64,000 nt of DNA from Octopus vulgaris. Its lineage: Eukaryota. A program made the translations under genes and the position numbers. Location of the stretch: assembly GCA_951406725.2 (NCBI GenBank), contig OX597818.1:105276001-105340000 (forward strand), written 5' to 3'. Numbering within the stretch: the first letter of the stretch is position 1; the number at the start of each line of letters is the position of its first letter. Under the pieces are notes generated by a model. It saw nothing but the letters and a program-made list of their open reading frames with translations. It did no database searches and had not been told where the DNA came from. Below are positions 51,356 through 64,000 of this stretch, one piece after another.

Positions 51356-51443
51356 CCAAACAAGAAAACACAAAAAAACACAGCAACGCGAGGACGTGGA
51401 ACAAATAAAGTATTATTGGACGCTCAGGAAAGAAGGGAAGGAG

Positions 51444-51480
51444 TGTTTAACGTTTCGAGCGGAGCTCTTTGTCAGAAACA
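51444..51480 (-). ncRNA. Minimal hammerhead ribozyme motif (core variant CUGACAA) in a ~200-bp non-coding repeat
   Basis: Minus strand reads TGTTT-CTGACAA-A-GAGC(TCC)GCTC-GAAAC-GTT-AAACA. Stems I and II are perfect and stem III is palindromic (AACGTT). Confidence 0.7.
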
Positions 51481-51615
51481 AAGGAGAAGGAAAGATCCCA
51501 AGAAGGGAAGACAGAGGAAAAAAAATTGATGGCGGTGCTCACGAGGTCACATGTTGAAAGAACGACACACACACACACACACATATATATGTATGTAAGT
51601 ATGTATGTATGCATG

Positions 51616-51671
<56 letters not shown>

Positions 51672-51819
51672 TTTCTTCCTTTAAAAATTACAACAAAGCT
51701 ACTGTTATTTACTTGGCCGAAAAGGTGTGGCATCATAAGAAAGGCATTGCCATAATCAAATACCGGACATGGCTGTACTCTTTGTTATGCAGAATTGCAC
51801 AGGGGCTTTTTTACTCCAG

Positions 51820-52507
51820 ACACAGATGTCTTGTGTCTGCAGGCATCACTTCAATTAAACTAATGATTCTGAAAAATCAAATGAGATGGTCTGGCCATAT
51901 TGTTTGAATGGCAGATGAACACACACCCATACAGTTGTTTTATGGTGAGCTTGCTGAGGGGAAATGCAATTAGTGTAAACCTAAAAAGTGAATTAAGGAT
52001 GGCATAAGGATTACCATGCAGTCTCTTGGAATGGATCCAAAGGCCATAGAAACCCTTGCTTCATATCAAGCTGGATAACAAACAAAAGTGTGGAATGGAG
52101 TGAAAGCTTTTGAGGAGCCCAGGATGACACATGGAAGACTCAAGAGAGATTTAAAAAAGAATGTTGTGATCAAGAAGGTGAACCTCAGTGACCTTTTTGT
52201 GTGGACAGTTTGTGACAGACCATGCCTTTCTTTTGCTGGGCTCAAATCTCATTTGTGGACCCATGGGAAATGAACCTCCACTAACTACTCTACCTGTATA
52301 TATGTGCATGCCTTTCAATGCCATGTATGCCATAAGGTCTGCAAATCTAACAGAGGCTTCAAAAGACATTTTAAGATCTACAAAGATCAGAACTTAACTG
52401 CAGCTCTTGGTGGTTCAAAGTAGATATGCAACCTATGTGGGTGCCTTTTCGATACAATGTCTGGTTTAAAAATCCACGTCAGATGCCATGATGAATCTAA
52501 AGTGTAA
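51820..52507 (+). mobile_element. RTE-clade LINE 3' fragment with three C2H2 zinc fingers
   Basis: QMRWSGHIV*M..PIQLFYGEL, then a single frame with stops: (W)TVCDRPCLSFAGLKSHLWTH, CHVCHKVCKSNRGFKRHFKI(Y), CNLCGCLFDTMSGLKIHVRCH. Confidence 0.85.
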
Positions 52508-52645
52508 ATAGAAGAGGTGGTAGACTCATGTGTGTGTATATATATATATAAGTTCAGCAAAATTTAGATTCAGATGAATATGGTACTTGAGTTAAAGGCA
52601 CCAGAATTTTGTATGGTATTATCCATATAAATCAAATGGGGTGAT

Positions 52646-52787
52646 TATAATCAAAATAAGCAACAAGGATATCCAAGGTAGTGTAGTACAATTGTTTCAT
52701 GCTATTTCATGAAGTAGCTAAAATGAAGTAGCATGAAACAATTGTACTACAATACCTTGGATATCCTTGTTGCTTATTTTGATTATA
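52646..52787. repeat. Near-perfect 65-bp inverted repeat, 12-nt loop
   Basis: 52646-52710 versus 52723-52787 with two mismatches. The arms contain GAAACAATTGTA. Confidence 0.92.
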
Positions 52788-52804
52788 TATATATATATAT
52801 ATAT

Positions 52805-53296
52805 CATCATCATCATCGTCATCATTGTTCGACCGTGGTCGAGACAATGGAATTTACTATGTTACGCCAGACTTCATGGTTCATCATAGCATTACGGAGG
52901 TCCTGTTGCTGGATGCCTATATCCCTGGAGATTACATCAGGGCAGGAGAGTGTGCACCCTCTGGTATCATGAGCAGATGGCTTCCAGAGGAGAAGAGGAG
53001 AAATTACCTTGTTTTCAGCTCTGCAACAATGTCCAGCAAACTGGACTCTTCTATCTTTCACAAGAGATGATACAGGTGGTAGTTTCCCATATATTTGTAC
53101 TTTGGTTGGATGATGCTTCCACGAGAGATTTTGAGCTCTCATAAGAAGGCAAGTGTAAGTTCCATCCAACCACCTCTCAAGCTTCTTTGATAACGTCCAG
53201 GTTTCTGAGCCATATAGTAGAATTGGTTTGACTGTGGCTTTGAAGATTTTAAGTTTGAAATCTCTACTTAGATTTGATGACCAGATCTTATGTAGA
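52805..53296 (-). mobile_element. RTE-group LINE 3' fragment
   Basis: KIW..LSRDFKLKIFKATV.PILLYGSETWTL and RRVQFAGHC motifs, with a (GAT)n tail. Confidence 0.88.
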
Positions 53297-56200
53297 TAAT
53301 AATAATAATAATAATAATAATAAAACATTGTGTACAGTGTTCAGGTGCACTACAACTCATCTAAAGTGTATGTATAGTACATAGGGTAATGTATAAGCGT
53401 CAGGAAAAGAACAGTGCATGAGTCATGACATACACAAATGTGTATGAGTACGGAAGGGGGCAATCAGGTGTAGTTTCGGCGGATTTCGGAAAGCATGAGG
53501 ACCTTAAAGGATGCAGTGTCATGGCAGTCAACAACTGACGCAGGCAGTTTGTTCCATGCTTCAGCAACTCTGAGCGTGAAAAAATGTTTCCGAAAGTCAT
53601 GGGAGCTGTGCTGTTTTCTGACTTTGTAGGCATGTCCACGTGTGTTGGACACATGGAGATCAAAAAGGTGTTCAGTGTTGTTGTTGGTGAGGTGGTTGAT
53701 AACTTTGTGGGTGTTTACCAAGTCCATCGCCAGACGCCGGAACTTCAGTGAATCCATGCCCAGGGAAACAAGGCGCTCAGAGTATGGTAGGTGTCTGATG
53801 GAGGGTATGCATTTGGTTGCACATCTCTGAACAGATTCCAGGAGGTCAATGTTCTGAGCAAGATAGGGGTTCCAAATTGATGATGCGAATTCCAAGTGTA
53901 GTCGTACCATAGCTGTATACAGCTTTAAATAGATGGCTGGAGAGCGGCTAACAAAAGTCTTGCTGTGTAATGCCAAAACACACTCGGCCTTCTTGACAAT
54001 TTTAGAGATATGCTTTGTCCAACGCAAATCACTGCTGACAGTGATGCCTAGGTCATGCTCGCAAGAGGATTTCTTGATATCAGTGTTGTGGAGGGAGTAT
54101 GTGGACGCAGGGTTTTTTCTCCCAAAATGCATGGTGGTACACTTGTCCACAGCCAGTTTCAATTGCCAGTCTGTGATCCATTGCTGCATTGTGTCCAGGT
54201 CTGATTGCAGGAAAGAGCTGTAGACAACAGGATCTGTTCTCTTGATTTCAAGGTGCAGCTTGATGTCGTCTGCATATTTCAATACTGCAGCATTCTTTAA
54301 ATTGGCATCTATGTCATTAATGTATGCCACAAACAAGAGGGGACCAAGAACAGATCCCTGTGGTACACCCGATGACATCTCATATGGTGTAGAATGCTGT
54401 CCTAGAACTGTGACTACTTCCTTTCGGCTGAGAATGAAGGATTTCAACCAGTTAAAAAGATCATCCCTCACATCCATTGCAGAGAGTTTCACCATAAGCC
54501 TTTTGTGTGGCACAGAGTTAAAAGCCTTAGCAAAGTCAAGGTAGACAACATCCACCCATGAGCCATTGTCAGTGATCTGAGTATTGTCCTCAAGGAACTC
54601 GACAAGCTGATCACTGCAGCTGGAGTTAGGGACAAATCCATATTGTGAGGGTCGGATGAGACTGTGAGAGCTCCAGAAGTTCCAGAGTGTTTCTCTGACA
54701 CACGATTCCATCAGTTTTGCAATACAGCTAGTGAGACTGACTGGGCGATAGTTGACAGGTGATGTGCGGTCACCCTTTTTGAACAGAGGAATGACACTGG
54801 CAGTTTTCCACTGCTCCGGAGTAGCACCATTGTTGAGACAGTACTGGAAAAAAATAGAAAGCTGGTGTAAAAGGAAGTACCTGCCACGTTTGAGAAGCAG
54901 GTATGTAACACCATCAAGACCAGGAGAGGCATAGTTGCGCTTATTTTGAAGGTGACGTCGCCGCATTGCAGGTGTAAATTCCATAGTTGTTATGGAATTT
55001 GCTGTTAGAGATGGTGAAGATGGTACATTTTGATTTTCAACAGTGAATACGTTTGCATAGCACTCGGCAATGAGTTCTGCGCATTCCTTGGGATTGTCAG
55101 TGATCTGGCTTGTGTGAGGGTTGCAAAGAGGGCCCACTGGAGAGTGAGGTCTCTGCTTCGAATGCACATATTTCCAGAAAACCTTGCTGTCAGGATTGGC
55201 TGCTATGCACTGTTCAAATTCAAGCACTGCTTTTTTTGTCACTTGCTTGAGATGGTTGGAAGATTTATTCTACTTTTTCCTGTTGGTGTCTGATTTATGC
55301 AACTTGTACTCCTGTTCAGCAGTCCGACGTTCCTTCCTGGCAAGTCGGACCGCTGAAGTTTCCCAAATTGCACTTTTGGGGCGGTTCTTATTTTTCTGTT
55401 TACGTGGCACTGATGCTGCACATGCTGCCCATATTGAGTCCAGGATACCCTGGAGTATAGTATTCACATCTCCAGAGTTGTAGAATTCACGCCAGTTTGG
55501 GTGCTGTAATTCAGTGTGGTACAGGTTCCAATCTGCTCTCTTCCAGTCGAAGGAAGCAGATTGGAGATGGTTCAGGTTTTTGTTGTTGCCCGCAAGAGCC
55601 AGATTGGCGATGATCATAGCATGATCAGAGTCACCAAGAGGTTCCTCCGTAGTACAATTGATAACCGCTTCAGGAGTTGTGGTGAAGAGCAGGTCCAAGG
55701 TGTTGTCGCCTCTTGTTGGAGAGGTGACTACTTGTGACCAGTTTGAATCCAGTACAAGCTCAATGAAATCGTTTGCACTCTGTGGCCAATGGAAGGTTTC
55801 CCAATTGATCTCAGGATGATTGAAGTCGCCTGCAATAAAAACATAAGCGGCTGTTTTCCTGGCAGCAGCTCGGAGGATATCGCAAAGCTGTGTGTCTTGA
55901 TGGTAATTTGGGTGACGATAAACAACACGAGTGTTGACATGGTCATATGTATGTCACAGAAAAAAACTTCTTCTGATTCGTTCAAATCAGCACAAGGAAT
56001 TACCGAAAAATTTGAACGAACGTAGACCATCACACCACCACCACGGCGGTTAATGTGGTCCTTGTGGAAAAGGTTGTACCCAGTAATGTTGAAAACCCCA
56101 TCACAGAGTAAGGAATGTGCCCATGTTTCCGTGACTGTGATGAAGTCAGGGTCAATACTTCTGACATAGGAGTTGAACAGATGTATCTTGTTGCATAAAC

Positions 56201-56908
56201 TGCGAGCATTTAAGGACAACAATTTGTACCCTGCTTGCAATTTATGATGGTGTGTAGAGGATGGCAGGCTGTTCTGGTTTAGTTTCCCAGAGTTGCTGTA
56301 GTTTTTTTTCCATTTTCAGTTATTGTGGGTAGAGAGCACTCAGACCAGCTGGTATCTCTCTTCCACGTTTCACCAGTCTTAACAAATCTCCAGATTTGTC
56401 CATCCTTACGAAGACGGAAACTTTCTTGCAGAGCTGGGTTCCAGTTCAGGGAAGCCGCTACACGTAGCTTCGGACGTACATCAGGTGGTAAGCCTGGGTG
56501 TGTTCAGAAGGTAGTTGGATTTTCACGCCCAGCTTTAACTGAGGCCAGATGGTATGAGGTTGCCTCAGCATGGTCTGAAAAAGACAGCTTGATGAGCCTG
56601 GGTTTTGGGCCAGGTCGTCCAAGGCGGAGAGCACCCGTTGGGGGAATGCAGCCTAGGCCTTTGGCTGAGTTGGCAGCAAATGCCTGAAGATCAGCCATGT
56701 CTTCTGGTACCCCAATGGCAATAACTTTGTGGGTAGCAGAATCCGCAGTCTTAGATGTGGCAAGAGGTACAGGGAGGTTCTTTAGCAGAGCATTCCGATA
56801 AGACCCCTTATTGTGGGGTCCTACTTGAATGCTTGCTTTTATTCCTGCTACTTCCCCTCTTAAAGCACAAATCGATTGTTGCAGTTCTGCAAGAACCGCA
56901 CTGGTCAA
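53297..56908 (-). mobile_element. Near-complete CR1-type LINE (partial ORF1, APE + RT ORF2 with a few disruptions)
   Basis: APE motifs LNARSL, VTETW, RGGGV, GDFN and SDH. RT motifs YRPVSLTS, YLDFAKAF, GVPQGSVLGPLLF and YADD. C-terminal TRGH..FFTLRV..WNKLP, a (TAT)n tail and an upstream ORF1-like RLG..PRLIKL segment. Confidence 0.93.
53464..55242 (-). pseudogene. Open 592-codon RT portion of the CR1-type ORF2
   Basis: Stop-free RT domain, separated from the endonuclease portion by a frameshift near 55250-55270. Confidence 0.85.
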
Positions 56909-58419
56909 TTGGTGTTGTTGGTGTTGTTGTTGTTGCTGCTGCTGCTCTAGTTGTGGTTGATTTTGTTGTTGCTGCTGTTGTTGTTGATGTTGTTGATGTT
57001 ATATATATATATACATACGCACATATACATACATACTTACATGCATACATACATACATGCATACATACATACATACATACAAACAAACATACATACATAC
57101 ATACGTATGCATGCACGCACAAACACACACACACACAGTGAAGCCTGGTGCAGTCTTCTTCCCACCCAGTCCCTATCAAACTGTCCAACCCTTGCCAGCA
57201 TGAAAAACAGACATTAAATGATGATAATAATAATAATGACGATGATGAAGATTTTAAAGATGCCATTAAACTTAGTGACATCACTTGTAAAACTTGGTAC
57301 TTGCAAAACAGGCTCACATACTAGCAGATAGCATTTGCCAAACATGACTTTTGACCTTACCAAAACTTTATTGAAGACTGCTGCCAATGTTGTTCTAAAA
57401 AAAAAAATTAACTTTGTTACAGTGTTCAGTACATCAAAGGAGTGATATGTTTAATAAATTCCAGTGTTACTTCGTTATTTACTTAATTCCTCTTGATTAA
57501 AGTGTTCCAATTGATTATTGCAGAACTAATAGAATATTAGCTTTAATTAATGGAGATCAAGCTAATTACTATTCAGGGAAAATAACTTAAGGAAAAATTA
57601 TGCAGAGAAAAGCAAAGGTCTCTGTGAAATTTCAGAGGAGATAGAGAGGAAAAGAAGGAAAGAAAAGAAAAAAGAAAAGAATCAATATATAGAAATAACC
57701 AATAGATACTTAAATAGAAACAAAATATGATAGATCTAACAGAGAAAGTGGACAATATGTTAATTAATCCATAGCTGGGGCCTCAACAGATGCCAGTCCA
57801 GATCAGAGTAGGAAAGGGAGCAATAGTGGCTAAAATGTGGTTCCACACTTCTCAAAAAATTCAGGAACTCCTAAACCAGGGCTCCATTACTGGATGCATA
57901 CCCAGGAGAAATACACACATATAAATACGTCTGCTTTCAAATTTGGTTTTTTATACCTTTTGAAAGAAAAAGAATACCAGCTTTAACAGTCAGGAGCAGA
58001 TTTATCATTTGGCTCATTCCTTTTTCCCCTACCTACTTAAGAGCTAGCTGAGAACTTAGACTAATGTAGAAATAGAGGGTATGTTGTGACATATAATAAT
58101 GATATAGATTAGGGAAAATACCTTAGGGCAGCACACAGCACACTAAATACACATATGATAAGGTCTCATATATGTAAAATAGTGAGATGTAAAACTGTGG
58201 TTGACTATTGTTCTTGTTTTAGACTTTTAAACCCTGGTAGAGGAAATTTTTGTCTACATATTACTTGGGTAATCTCAACCTGCCTCACTGATCCTGTTGA
58301 TGCCCATTGCCATCTCAATTGTGTCATATCAGACTCCTTGCAGCCACTTGATGTTGTGACGAAATAAGATGCAGACACTGGAGCAGAATGAGAAATGTTC
58401 AAAAACAAGATTGCGAAAA

Positions 58420-58634
58420 TGATTGTATCATGACACTAAAGTGGCAGCTTGAGGGGAAAAGAGCAGTAGGGCACCTAAAAAATACATGATGAAGGACAAT
58501 TGACAAGGAAAGAAGATGAAAAGGGTGGAGAAGGTGAAATGAGACCAGAACAGTGGCAGAAAACAGAGCTGGTGGGAGAGATCATGCTACAGCCTTATGT
58601 GACTAATAGCATGGAGAGAACTAACTAACTAACT
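58420..58634 (+). mobile_element. Short RTE 3' end fragment
   Basis: WQLEGKR..G..KNT-like remnant followed by a (CTAA)n tail. Confidence 0.55.
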
Positions 58635-58889
58635 CACCTCATCCTTTCTTCTATAAATGTATGATTTTGTCTTTCAGTTTTCTGAAGTCAATAAAAATAA
58701 CTACTCTTTAAATAATGGGGGTGGGGGACAGTTAAACTGATTGAATCTTGCTACAAAATAATGTAGTCTTGTGTTGTCAAATTTAGAAATCATTAAGGTA
58801 GGAAAGTAGAAGAAAATGTACTAACTTAGAGTATCAGGCTATACATCTTTGTACTAATGTAGAATATCAGACTATAGATCTTTGTACCA

Positions 58890-60850
58890 GTGTTAGTTAG
58901 TCAACATTACTCTGTAAGGAGCTTAGGGCCATGACCATTTCATACTATTGAATGCGATCTTGGGCTACCTCCTTGATTTCAAACCAAGAGAGACTGATTG
59001 CTTTCCATTCATCCTCCACACATCCTTCTCAGGTCTTCTTCAGTTATCCAACTTCCCTTTTTCCTTCAGGTTTTCAGTCGAACACTTATCTTGCAATGTT
59101 GCTTGGAGGTCTCCTTAGATGTAACTGATCCAGACCCATTTCCTTTTCAGAATTTCTTGATTAATGGGAATTTGGTTTGTTCTGTCCCATAGACTTCTGT
59201 TTGAAATTTTATCTGACCACCAGATCTTGATGTAACACAGACATTTGTTGATGAAGGTCTGTAGCTTAATTTTCATGGCTTTGGTAACCCTCCAAGTTTC
59301 TAACCTGTAAAAGAAGATTGGACTTGACATTGGAATTGAAGATGCAGACTTTCCTTGCTAATTGTTGCAGATGGTCAAATCACCTTTCTTATGTAACTTA
59401 AACAAATAGACCCTGTTCCATGCTGAGGTTATTTGTTCTTGATGCCAAACTTTTTGTAGCATATCAGCAGTTGTTCCTCCAATGACTCTGAGCACCTCTG
59501 CTGAGATAGCATCTGAACCTGGAGCTTTACCGTTCTTGAGAGATGCGATGGCCTTGATGATCATAGCTTTTGTCGGTGGACTCGTCTTTACTGGTAACAA
59601 CTCTTCAGCTGGAGGGATATGTAGTGTATTGTCTGGAAGCATTCTATCCAAGACACCATGAAAGTGCTCCATTCAACACTTCCTCTATTCGATTGCTCTT
59701 TCATTTGTTTCACATTCCTGATCTTTCAAAGGCTTGCACATGGTGCCATTCTTTCCTGAAAGAACTCTGGTAATAGTTTAGTGAGTCTTCATGTCTTGTT
59801 TATTGACTACTATCTCTGCTTCTGTTGCTAAGTCCTGTGTGAACTATCTCTCCTCCCTGAAAGCACTCTTCTTCACTTTTTCATGTGTAAATCAACTTTC
59901 TAGTTGTCTTTTTCTTGCTGTTCTTTAAACTGTCCAATTAAACCCTTTAGCTCCTTCTTCTTGTCTATTAGTTTCCAAGAAGTCAGTGTTAACCACTCTT
60001 TCTGTTCCCCCTTTCTTCTACCAAGTACTTTGGTGCATGATGCCATCCACATTCCCTAAAGCCTCATCCAACGTGTATCAATATCTTCTTCAATGAGGCC
60101 CGATAAAGCATTAAAGTGATTCCTTTGCTCACAAACTCATGAACCATCCCTTCAGAGTCGAAACTTCAGGTGTTGAAGTGAGGATGCAACTTGCTAAACA
60201 AATCTTGGTAGACTTTTAGTTTCATTCTCAGGATTCCAAGGATAAGTTGGTGGTTGAATGTCACATCTGCTTACCTATTTCTTGCTGACATCAAGAAAGC
60301 TCTACCTCAGTTTCTGCTCAAAGGTGAAGTGGTCTGTTAGGTTTTTAATTCAGCCATCTGGTAATATTCAGGTAGGCTTATGAATGCGTTTATGTGGGAA
60401 GAAAGTCTCTCCAATAACTAAGCCATTCAGAGTGCCAAAGTGTGCAAACAGCTCCCCAGTCTCATTGATGGCTGAATCATCGGAGGTATTTGTGGGTGCA
60501 TATTATTGGATAATGGTAGTCTTCCTCCCCATGAAGTTGATTCTTGCTATTATTCTCAAAGACATTGGATTACACAAGATTAACGTTTGCAGAGCTTCTG
60601 ACGAGATCAGGAAAGCAACACCTTGACTGTGTTCCTAATTGTCTTCCTGGTGGTCAGAATAGATGATGGACTTGCCAAATACCAGCCTGGCATATCCTGC
60701 ACAGTTCCATCTGGTTTCCCAGAGATCGAGCACCTTGATATTGTGTGTTCTCATTTTCTTTGCTACCTGTGCTACCTTTGCCATTTCATATAGGGTTCTG
60801 ATGTTCCAGGTCCTTATCTTGGTGTTTACCTTCCAGGTCCTTATCTAGAC
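58890..60850 (-). mobile_element. Decayed RTE (BovB-like) LINE with RT core deleted
   Basis: Minus-strand remnants: TWNIRTL..ETRW (APE), LKNGKAPGSDAISAEVL and KKGDLTICNN, then ETW..KLQTFINKCL..I.W.DKISN..LW.RTNQ.PI, with a (TAAC)n tail. Confidence 0.85.
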
Positions 60851-61284
60851 ATGTACCAATGTCATTATCAGTGAACTGGCAGTTATTAGAATGTAGAACA
60901 AAATGCCTAAGATATTTGTTTCAATTCCCTCCGCTCTGCATTCAACCCTTGCTGAAATCACCTTTAGTTTTTCATTCTTTTAGGGTTAATAAAATAAAGT
61001 ACCAGTCAAGAGCAATAGATTGGAGGAAATGTTTAAGCATCAGGCAAATACCTTCTAGTATTTGCCTTAATTCATTGAGTACAGTGTTCTTGGATGGTAG
61101 ATTTAACCCATTGCTTGTTTTCTTCCCCCACCACAACCTGGTCTTTGGGTATCTTTAGTTGAGTTCTCTCAGTTGTAAGCATTCAAGTCAGGTCTCTTGA
61201 TTGAGGATAAACGTTCAACGTTGACTTTAAGCATTAACGAAATAAATTGACAACAAATGCCTTATCACTAATATTTATTCATGT

Positions 61285-61325
<41 letters not shown>

Positions 61326-61707
61326 TGTATGCATGTGTGTGTATGTCTGTATGTGTGTGTGTGTGGACGCTAATAGGGATAAATGGAAGAGTACTCAATA
61401 TCGGACGGTAAGGTATAAATCATTATTTATTATGTAAATCACAATCAGAAAAAAATCTTGCTGATATCTCAGTTTGCAGCTAATAGAGTGAGTGTGTAAA
61501 TATTCATTCAGCCTGTAAACTGAATAGGTCGTAGGTTAATATGTCTGACGGAACCTCAGATGTCAAGCAGGTTGCGATGTTAAATTTTAGTCTCATTGCT
61601 ATTCAAAACAAGGTTTAAATAGCTCTAAGGGAAGCAACTCGTGGTGGGAGTATTTTCCTTATTTCTTTTTAAACAAATTTCAAACATCTTTAAAGGCAAT
61701 GTGAAGA

Positions 61708-61935
61708 CACGTGGTCCAGTGGTTAATGTGTTGCACTCACGATCGCAAGATCGTGGTTTCGGTTTCCGGACTTGGCGAGGCATTGTGTTCATGTTACTCT
61801 GGTTCACTTAGATATAAATGAGTAACTCCATAGTGGACTGACATCTCGTTTAGGGGGAATGTTGAGATCTCAGTCACTTATTACATTATAAAAATTTAAT
61901 AACCGACCCTATGAATCCTAGCAATGTCCGGGAGA
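61708..61935 (+). mobile_element. tRNA-derived SINE (family C)
   Basis: GTGGTCCAGTGGTTA..CTCACGATCG..GGTTTCGGTTTCCGG head, related to 24870-24960. No complete cloverleaf. Confidence 0.6.
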
Positions 61936-62649
61936 CTTACTTACTTAAAAGTAACATTAGAATCCCATGCACTGCAAGCTTACAATTGATAAAGTGAGAG
62001 AGACATGGTTGGATAAAATATTGGAGAAATAGATGAATGGATAAAGTAAGACAGGAATGGCTGGATAAATGCAATGAGTGAAAAATAGATAGATGCAATG
62101 AGGGAGGAGTACTTGGAGGAGCAGGTAGAAAGATATCTCATTCAACTGTTTAAAACTTACATTACAAAATTAGATATTACATTCAGGGGCTGAATCAAGA
62201 AAGCTTTCAAAAGGTTCACCGTTGTGCATAAACAACAAGGTATCATTCTTAGACTTAATGGTCTTTTAGAATATCCCTGTCCCCAAAGAAATAAAGAATG
62301 AAAGATTAAAACCTTATTGGTCAGTGTGGCATATAAAACATTTGTAATATTTTATATTTCCTGACTTAATAAGATTTACTTTTTATATACGTTTTTGACT
62401 GCGTTGCTTGCATGTAAAGGATGTTTCTTTTTATAATTACTGACCTATTTAGTTTTTCTTTTTTGACCCCCTACCAACTTGCCCAAATTAGCCAAGCTGC
62501 CAAAGGGCTTAAACTGAGTTTTTATGCAATTTCTGAAAAAAAAAATTTTTTTGTAATTTTTACTTATTGTAAAAGATTTTAAAATATTTGATGTAAATTT
62601 ATTTACTTATTTATTTATTAAATCAATCACCCGATCAATCGATATTTTG

Positions 62650-63022
62650 TAGCTGTGTGGTAAGAAGTTTGATTCCCAACCACATGGTTCTGGGTTCAGT
62701 CTTACTCCTTGGCTCTTTGGGTAAGTGTATTTTACTATAGCCTTGGCTTGACCAAAGCCTTGTGAGTGGATTTGGTAGAAGGAAACTGAAAGCAGCCTGT
62801 CATTTATGTGTGTGTGTCATTGTTTGTCCTACACTGCTGCTTGACAACTGGTGTTGGTGTGTTTATGTTCTGATAACTTAGCAGTTTGGCAAAAGATATC
62901 AAAAGAATAAGTACCAGGCTTAAAAAAAGTACTGGGGTTGATTCATTCAAATGAAAATTCCTCAAGATGGTGCCCCAGCATGGCTTCAGTCTAAGACTGA
63001 AACAAGTAAAAGATAAAAGATA
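62650..63022 (+). mobile_element. Family-B SINE, full-length-like
   Basis: GCTGTGTGGTAAGAAGTTTG..CCCAACCACATGGTTCTGGGTTCAG head, ..GTGCCCCAGCATGGC.. body and (AAAAGAT)n tail. Confidence 0.85.
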
Positions 63023-64000
63023 GAATTAATAAAGTGACAGACAAAAATGCCTTGCAGTATTTAGTTCTGTACCTTTATATTCTGAGTTCAAGTCTTGCTG
63101 AGGTTCCCTTCCATCCTTCTAGGAACACTAAAATGAATAACAACTGAGTAGTGGAATCAATTTAATCAACTATACTTTCTTCCAAAATCTATTACCTAGT
63201 GTTTATGTCAGAAATTAATATTTTAGCTACAGAAAATGTAGCTAAAATAATAAAGTGCCAAGCTAAATATATTGAAGTATTTAGTTTTCTACCAGTAGAT
63301 CATTTGTGGTGGGGTTCACTTTACCTATTCATCCCTCAAGTGTTAGAAATATATTTACCAATAATATACTTGAAGATGAATCAAATAGATATAATATTTC
63401 TGCAAAAAGATTTGGCTTTGTACCTAAATAAGAAAGCAAATTATTTCAATTTACCTGAAGTGGCTAGCAATATAATACATATTTCAACTGTAAAACAAAC
63501 TTTCAGGCTTCAGCAGGCTCAAATGGATTCATTGAAAAATTGTGAAAAGATTGGTTTGACATAAACAACAAGTTGGTAACCTCCCTTTCATCTTTAATCA
63601 ACTTCATTCTCTCTATGTTCAATGTTCAAATGATAAGAAATCACAACCAAAGAAAAACTCCTGCAATAGGACAAAGTAAATAATACAAAATAAACCCTAC
63701 AAGATGCAGAACATTTGGTAGATGGAAAGGATGGGAAAACTGATTACTGCCAATGCAAAGGATGGGGAAATATTCTTCTGTTAATTTAAAGTAATGTTTG
63801 GACCACTGTTTATATGAAATACAGATGGAAGATTTTTTAGTCTGGATCGCTTTAAAACAGGAAGTTTTTATCACAGAACCAAGATCAGAATCAAGCAGGC
63901 TAATATCAAAAGGATTAATTACCAGTTAATAACCTCTGATGATACCATGAATAAAAGACTCTATGACTTAATGATTGTGGAACTTGATATTACTCCAAAA

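Overview
AT-rich, microsatellite-dense eukaryotic DNA. The SINE families, RTE/Penelope/Dong/mariner complement and (TA)n/(CAT)n/(AAT)n tracts are consistent with an octopus (coleoid cephalopod) genome; this is an inference. Only one host gene is evident: an uninterrupted 1263-aa minus-strand ORF (18276-22067) with an N-terminal CD20/MS4A-like four-helix membrane domain and a ~1100-aa disordered tail carrying two PY motifs and several Tyr motifs (FAM189/ENTREP-like architecture). A CpG-enriched putative promoter with a YY1 motif lies about 2 kb upstream. The rest is decayed mobile DNA: mariner/Tc1 elements, MITEs, a Penelope element, several RTE-clade LINEs, Dong/R4 fragments in (AAT)n tracts, a near-complete CR1-type LINE and many tRNA-derived SINEs. 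The most notable observations are a PHD-type finger inserted inside an RTE reverse transcriptase, several minimal hammerhead ribozyme motifs, recurrent fold-back elements that carry hammerhead remnants, a 4x tandem RTE 3' UTR followed by a perfect 52-bp hairpin, and an RTE C-terminus with three C2H2 fingers. All coordinates were read by eye and TE boundaries are approximate.
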